From Octopus sinensis (Eukaryota), in contig NC_042999.1 of the NCBI RefSeq assembly GCF_006345805.1, forward strand, positions 57,474,001 to 57,538,000: a DNA stretch of 64,000 nucleotides, written 5' to 3'. The translations under genes were made by a program, and so were the position numbers. This document shows, in pieces, positions 60,901 through 64,000 of this stretch. Each line of letters opens with the position of its first letter. Within the stretch, counting starts at the first letter, position 1. The notes under the pieces were generated by a model, which did not search any database, had not been told where the DNA came from, and saw only the letters and a list, made by a program, of their open reading frames with translations.

Positions 60901-63833
60901 TTATCTACCTACCCACCCACCTACCTACCTGCCTGTCTATCTATCTATCTACCTATCTTTGCTGGTAAAAATGGGATAAATTGAACTCAATATGCAAAAC
61001 AGAGTGTATATATTTATTCACTTATTAGTTTTAGTGGTTAGGGAGCTTGCTTCCTAGCTACATGGTTTCGGGTTCAGTCCCACTGCGTGGCACTTTGGGC
61101 AGGTGTCTTCCACTATAGCCCCGAGTCGACCGAAGCTTTGTGATTGAATTCGGCAGGTGGAAATTACTGCCGTGTGTGTATATGTGCGTGTAGGTGCTCA
61201 GTGCCTCTCCGAATGAGAGAGAGGGTATGTGAATCAAGGGCCAAGATTTATCTATGTAACTGTAAAGCTAATAAATAAAGCTATGTATGTCTGTTGTGTG
61301 TGTGTGTGCATGTGCATGTGTATACCAGTGTCTTAAGTTGCCTCTCCATATTGAAGTTAAGTAAACCATTCAGTTGATAGAAATAAGATAAGTATCAAAT
61401 TGCAGTCAATATTATTCACAAACTCTTTGATTGTAGAACCCCAATATGAATGCAGTCCAATGACATAAAGAAATTTAAAGCAAACTAATAAAGTTATGAA
61501 TAAATATACAATAATTATATAAGGCTACCTCGCTTGAAGTTTGTAGTCTTGCAAGCTACATAGCAACTTCACTTGTGCCAGTACTATGAAAAGAAGTATC
61601 CAGTATCTGCTATAAAGTGGTTGGCATTGGGAAGGGCATCCCTTTTGAAACCTCACAAAGTTAACAGCAGAACACAATGCAGTCCTTAGACCCATCAGAT
61701 CCTGTCAAACTGTCCAACAAATGCGTGCATGAAACATGAACACTAAATGGTGATGATAATGATGAATATCCAGGGCTGATGAGCGAAATTTTGCAAGACA
61801 GAACAAGACTCCTTCCCAGTTCCAAAAAAGGAGAGAACAGTATCAAAATTCAAAGGAGCTACATTTTTATGATATTCACAGGACCCTCTGCAGCTCTCAG
61901 GGCCCTGGATTGAAATACTGGTTGAACTTACCTCTGATAGATACTCACTGTATCATTAAAAATTATAGTTTTTATCATTTATAGATTATATACAGAATTG
62001 TATAGCTATCAAAAACAATGGATGAAACTTGATAAGTTCCTTACTGAAAGACTTTGTACTTAGAATTTAATGACAAAATTTTTATCAATAACTTGTAAGT
62101 GTGATAGTGCAAGCTACCTGTCAAAAACAATGGGCCATAAAAATGATGGTTTATAACATCTTTTTTTTTTTTTTTTAACTGATTCACTGAATGGTTTTAT
62201 GGATTGTGAAAATTTAATTAAAAATTATGATACCATGTTTACAAAAATATAACAGTGTTATTTATAAAACATTGAAAGATTTACATGTAATTATTGTACT
62301 ATGTGGATTGTGCTAAAAGGAAAAATTTATGGGCTAAAAATTTCAATAACACCTGAATTTAAACTTGTAATTGTCTCCCCAACATGTAGAAATAGACTGA
62401 CATTTAGTTTTACAGTAGACATACAAATAAATTTGCATATAGATTTAAAAATAAAATAACATGTAGATTATCAATAAATTTACAACACTTACAAATATTA
62501 CAGTTAAATAATAAATACTTAATGATTTGGTGAATCTTATTAAGTTTACAGAGCTTCTTGATAAACAAATGATTAGGATTGCTGACACTTGAGCATCCCA
62601 CATAAAGCTCATTTTGTGGAGGCACAATGGCCCAGTGGTTAGGGCAGCGGAGTCGCAGTCAGAGGATCTCGGTTTCGATTCCCAGACCGGGTGTTGTGTG
62701 TGTTTATTGAGCAAAAACACCTAAAAGCTCCACGAGGCTACGGCAGGGGGTGGTGGCGACCCCTGTTGTATTCTTTCACAGCAACTTTCTCTCACTCTCT
62801 CTTCCTGTTTCTTGAGTAATGCTGCGGTGGACTGGCGTCCCGTCCAGCTGGGGGGAACACATATGCCACAGAAACCTGGAAACCGGGCCCATGAGCTTGG
62901 CTAGGCTTGAAAAGGGCGCAAAACAAAAAATGACTCATTTACCCCATTTTAGACATTTTTTTTTTAAATTTGGAAATTATCAAATTAGATGGAATCCAGC
63001 AGAAAAAACAAAAACACTAAAAATTATCCAGATATTTTATTAGCAACCTCACTTACAATTGGGTTAAAACTAAGTAAAAAAATTCTTGAAAAAAAAAGTA
63101 TCTCTCGTTTGACAGGTTCTAAACTCTCTCAACTAACAACTATGCTGACCGAGTTTATTCCTAAAGGTGATGCAAGAGTACAAAATGATGATGCAATACC
63201 TGTCATCTGATTATGTTTCCAAACTTTCTCAACTTCAACAAAAACTGTGCTGACTTATTTTATTCCTAAAGGTGATGCAACAGTATAAAATCATGATACA
63301 ATACTTGCAACTTAATGATTTGAAACAGAAGTGGTGGGGGAAAATAATGAGAAATCAGAAATTACTCTCTTTTCCCCGGTTGCTAATTTTGCCAACCCCA
63401 GAGGCACAGGAGTGGCTGTGTGGTAAGTACCTTGCTTACCAACCACTTGGTTCCAGGTTCAGTCCCACTGCGTAGCACCATGGGCAAGTGTCTTCTACTA
63501 TAGCCTCGGGCGAACCAAAGCCTTGTGAATGGATTTGGTAGACGGAAACTGAAAAGAAGCCCGTCATAGATATATATATATATCTATGTTTGTCCCCCCA
63601 ACATCGCTTGACAACCGATGCTGGTGTGTTTACGTCCCGTAACTTAGCGGTTCGGCAAAAAGAGACTGATAGAATAAGTACTAGGCTTACAAAGAATAAG
63701 TCCAGGGTCAATTTGCTCGACTAAAAGGCGGTGCTCCAGCATGAGCGCAGTCAAATGACTGAAACAAGTAAAAGGGTAAAAGAGTATACCATAATAAAAA
63801 ACGTGTAAACCTATGATTTAACTTTATTCAATA

Positions 63834-64000
63834 CTAGCAGTATCGCCCGGTGTTGCTCGGGTTTGTAAGGGAAATAACTATATAAGCATTTTTAGAGAGT
63901 TACTTCCTTTATAGATGCCAATTCGGGCTTTCTTAGCCATTTCTGTTTTGGTGTCTTCAAGCCATGAAGTCGTTGTTCTAAAAGAACGCTGGTCTCCTTG
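63834..64000 (-). mobile_element. Helitron of the same family as the array (3' end; runs off the window)
   Basis: a|ctagcagtatcgcccggtgttgctcgggtttgtaaggg..., subtype matching array unit 45802-46316. Confidence 0.85.

Noticed and set aside
62989-63210. 73-aa basic ORF
   Set aside because: No recognisable domain or splice support; lies between SINEs

Overview
AT-rich, repeat-dense animal genomic DNA. The SINE/RTE families and microsatellite load point to a coleoid cephalopod (Octopus-like); this is an inference. One complete protein-coding gene can be assembled by hand on the minus strand: a 338-aa MOGAT2-like (DGAT2-family) acyltransferase in four coding exons (30904-30418, 21475-21301, 16893-16694, 7708-7554), all with GT/AG junctions and consistent phases. 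A lone MAD2-like exon with intact splice sites but two stop codons lies at 52125-52225 (+). The rest is transposable elements and tandem repeats. These include a near full-length RTE LINE with a PHD-like finger inside its RT; Dong/R4, Tx1, CRE and CR1 LINE pieces; at least five SINE or LINE-tail families; three mariners (one full length with a single stop); hAT and piggyBac MITEs; and a solo LTR. Non-autonomous Helitrons include a five-unit head-to-tail array with exact CTAG|TC junctions. There are also two fold-back-plus-tandem structures and decayed minimal hammerhead-like motifs in Penelope-type tails. No rRNA, genuine tRNA gene or CRISPR array was found. Most ORFs in the supplied track are TE fragments or microsatellite artefacts.
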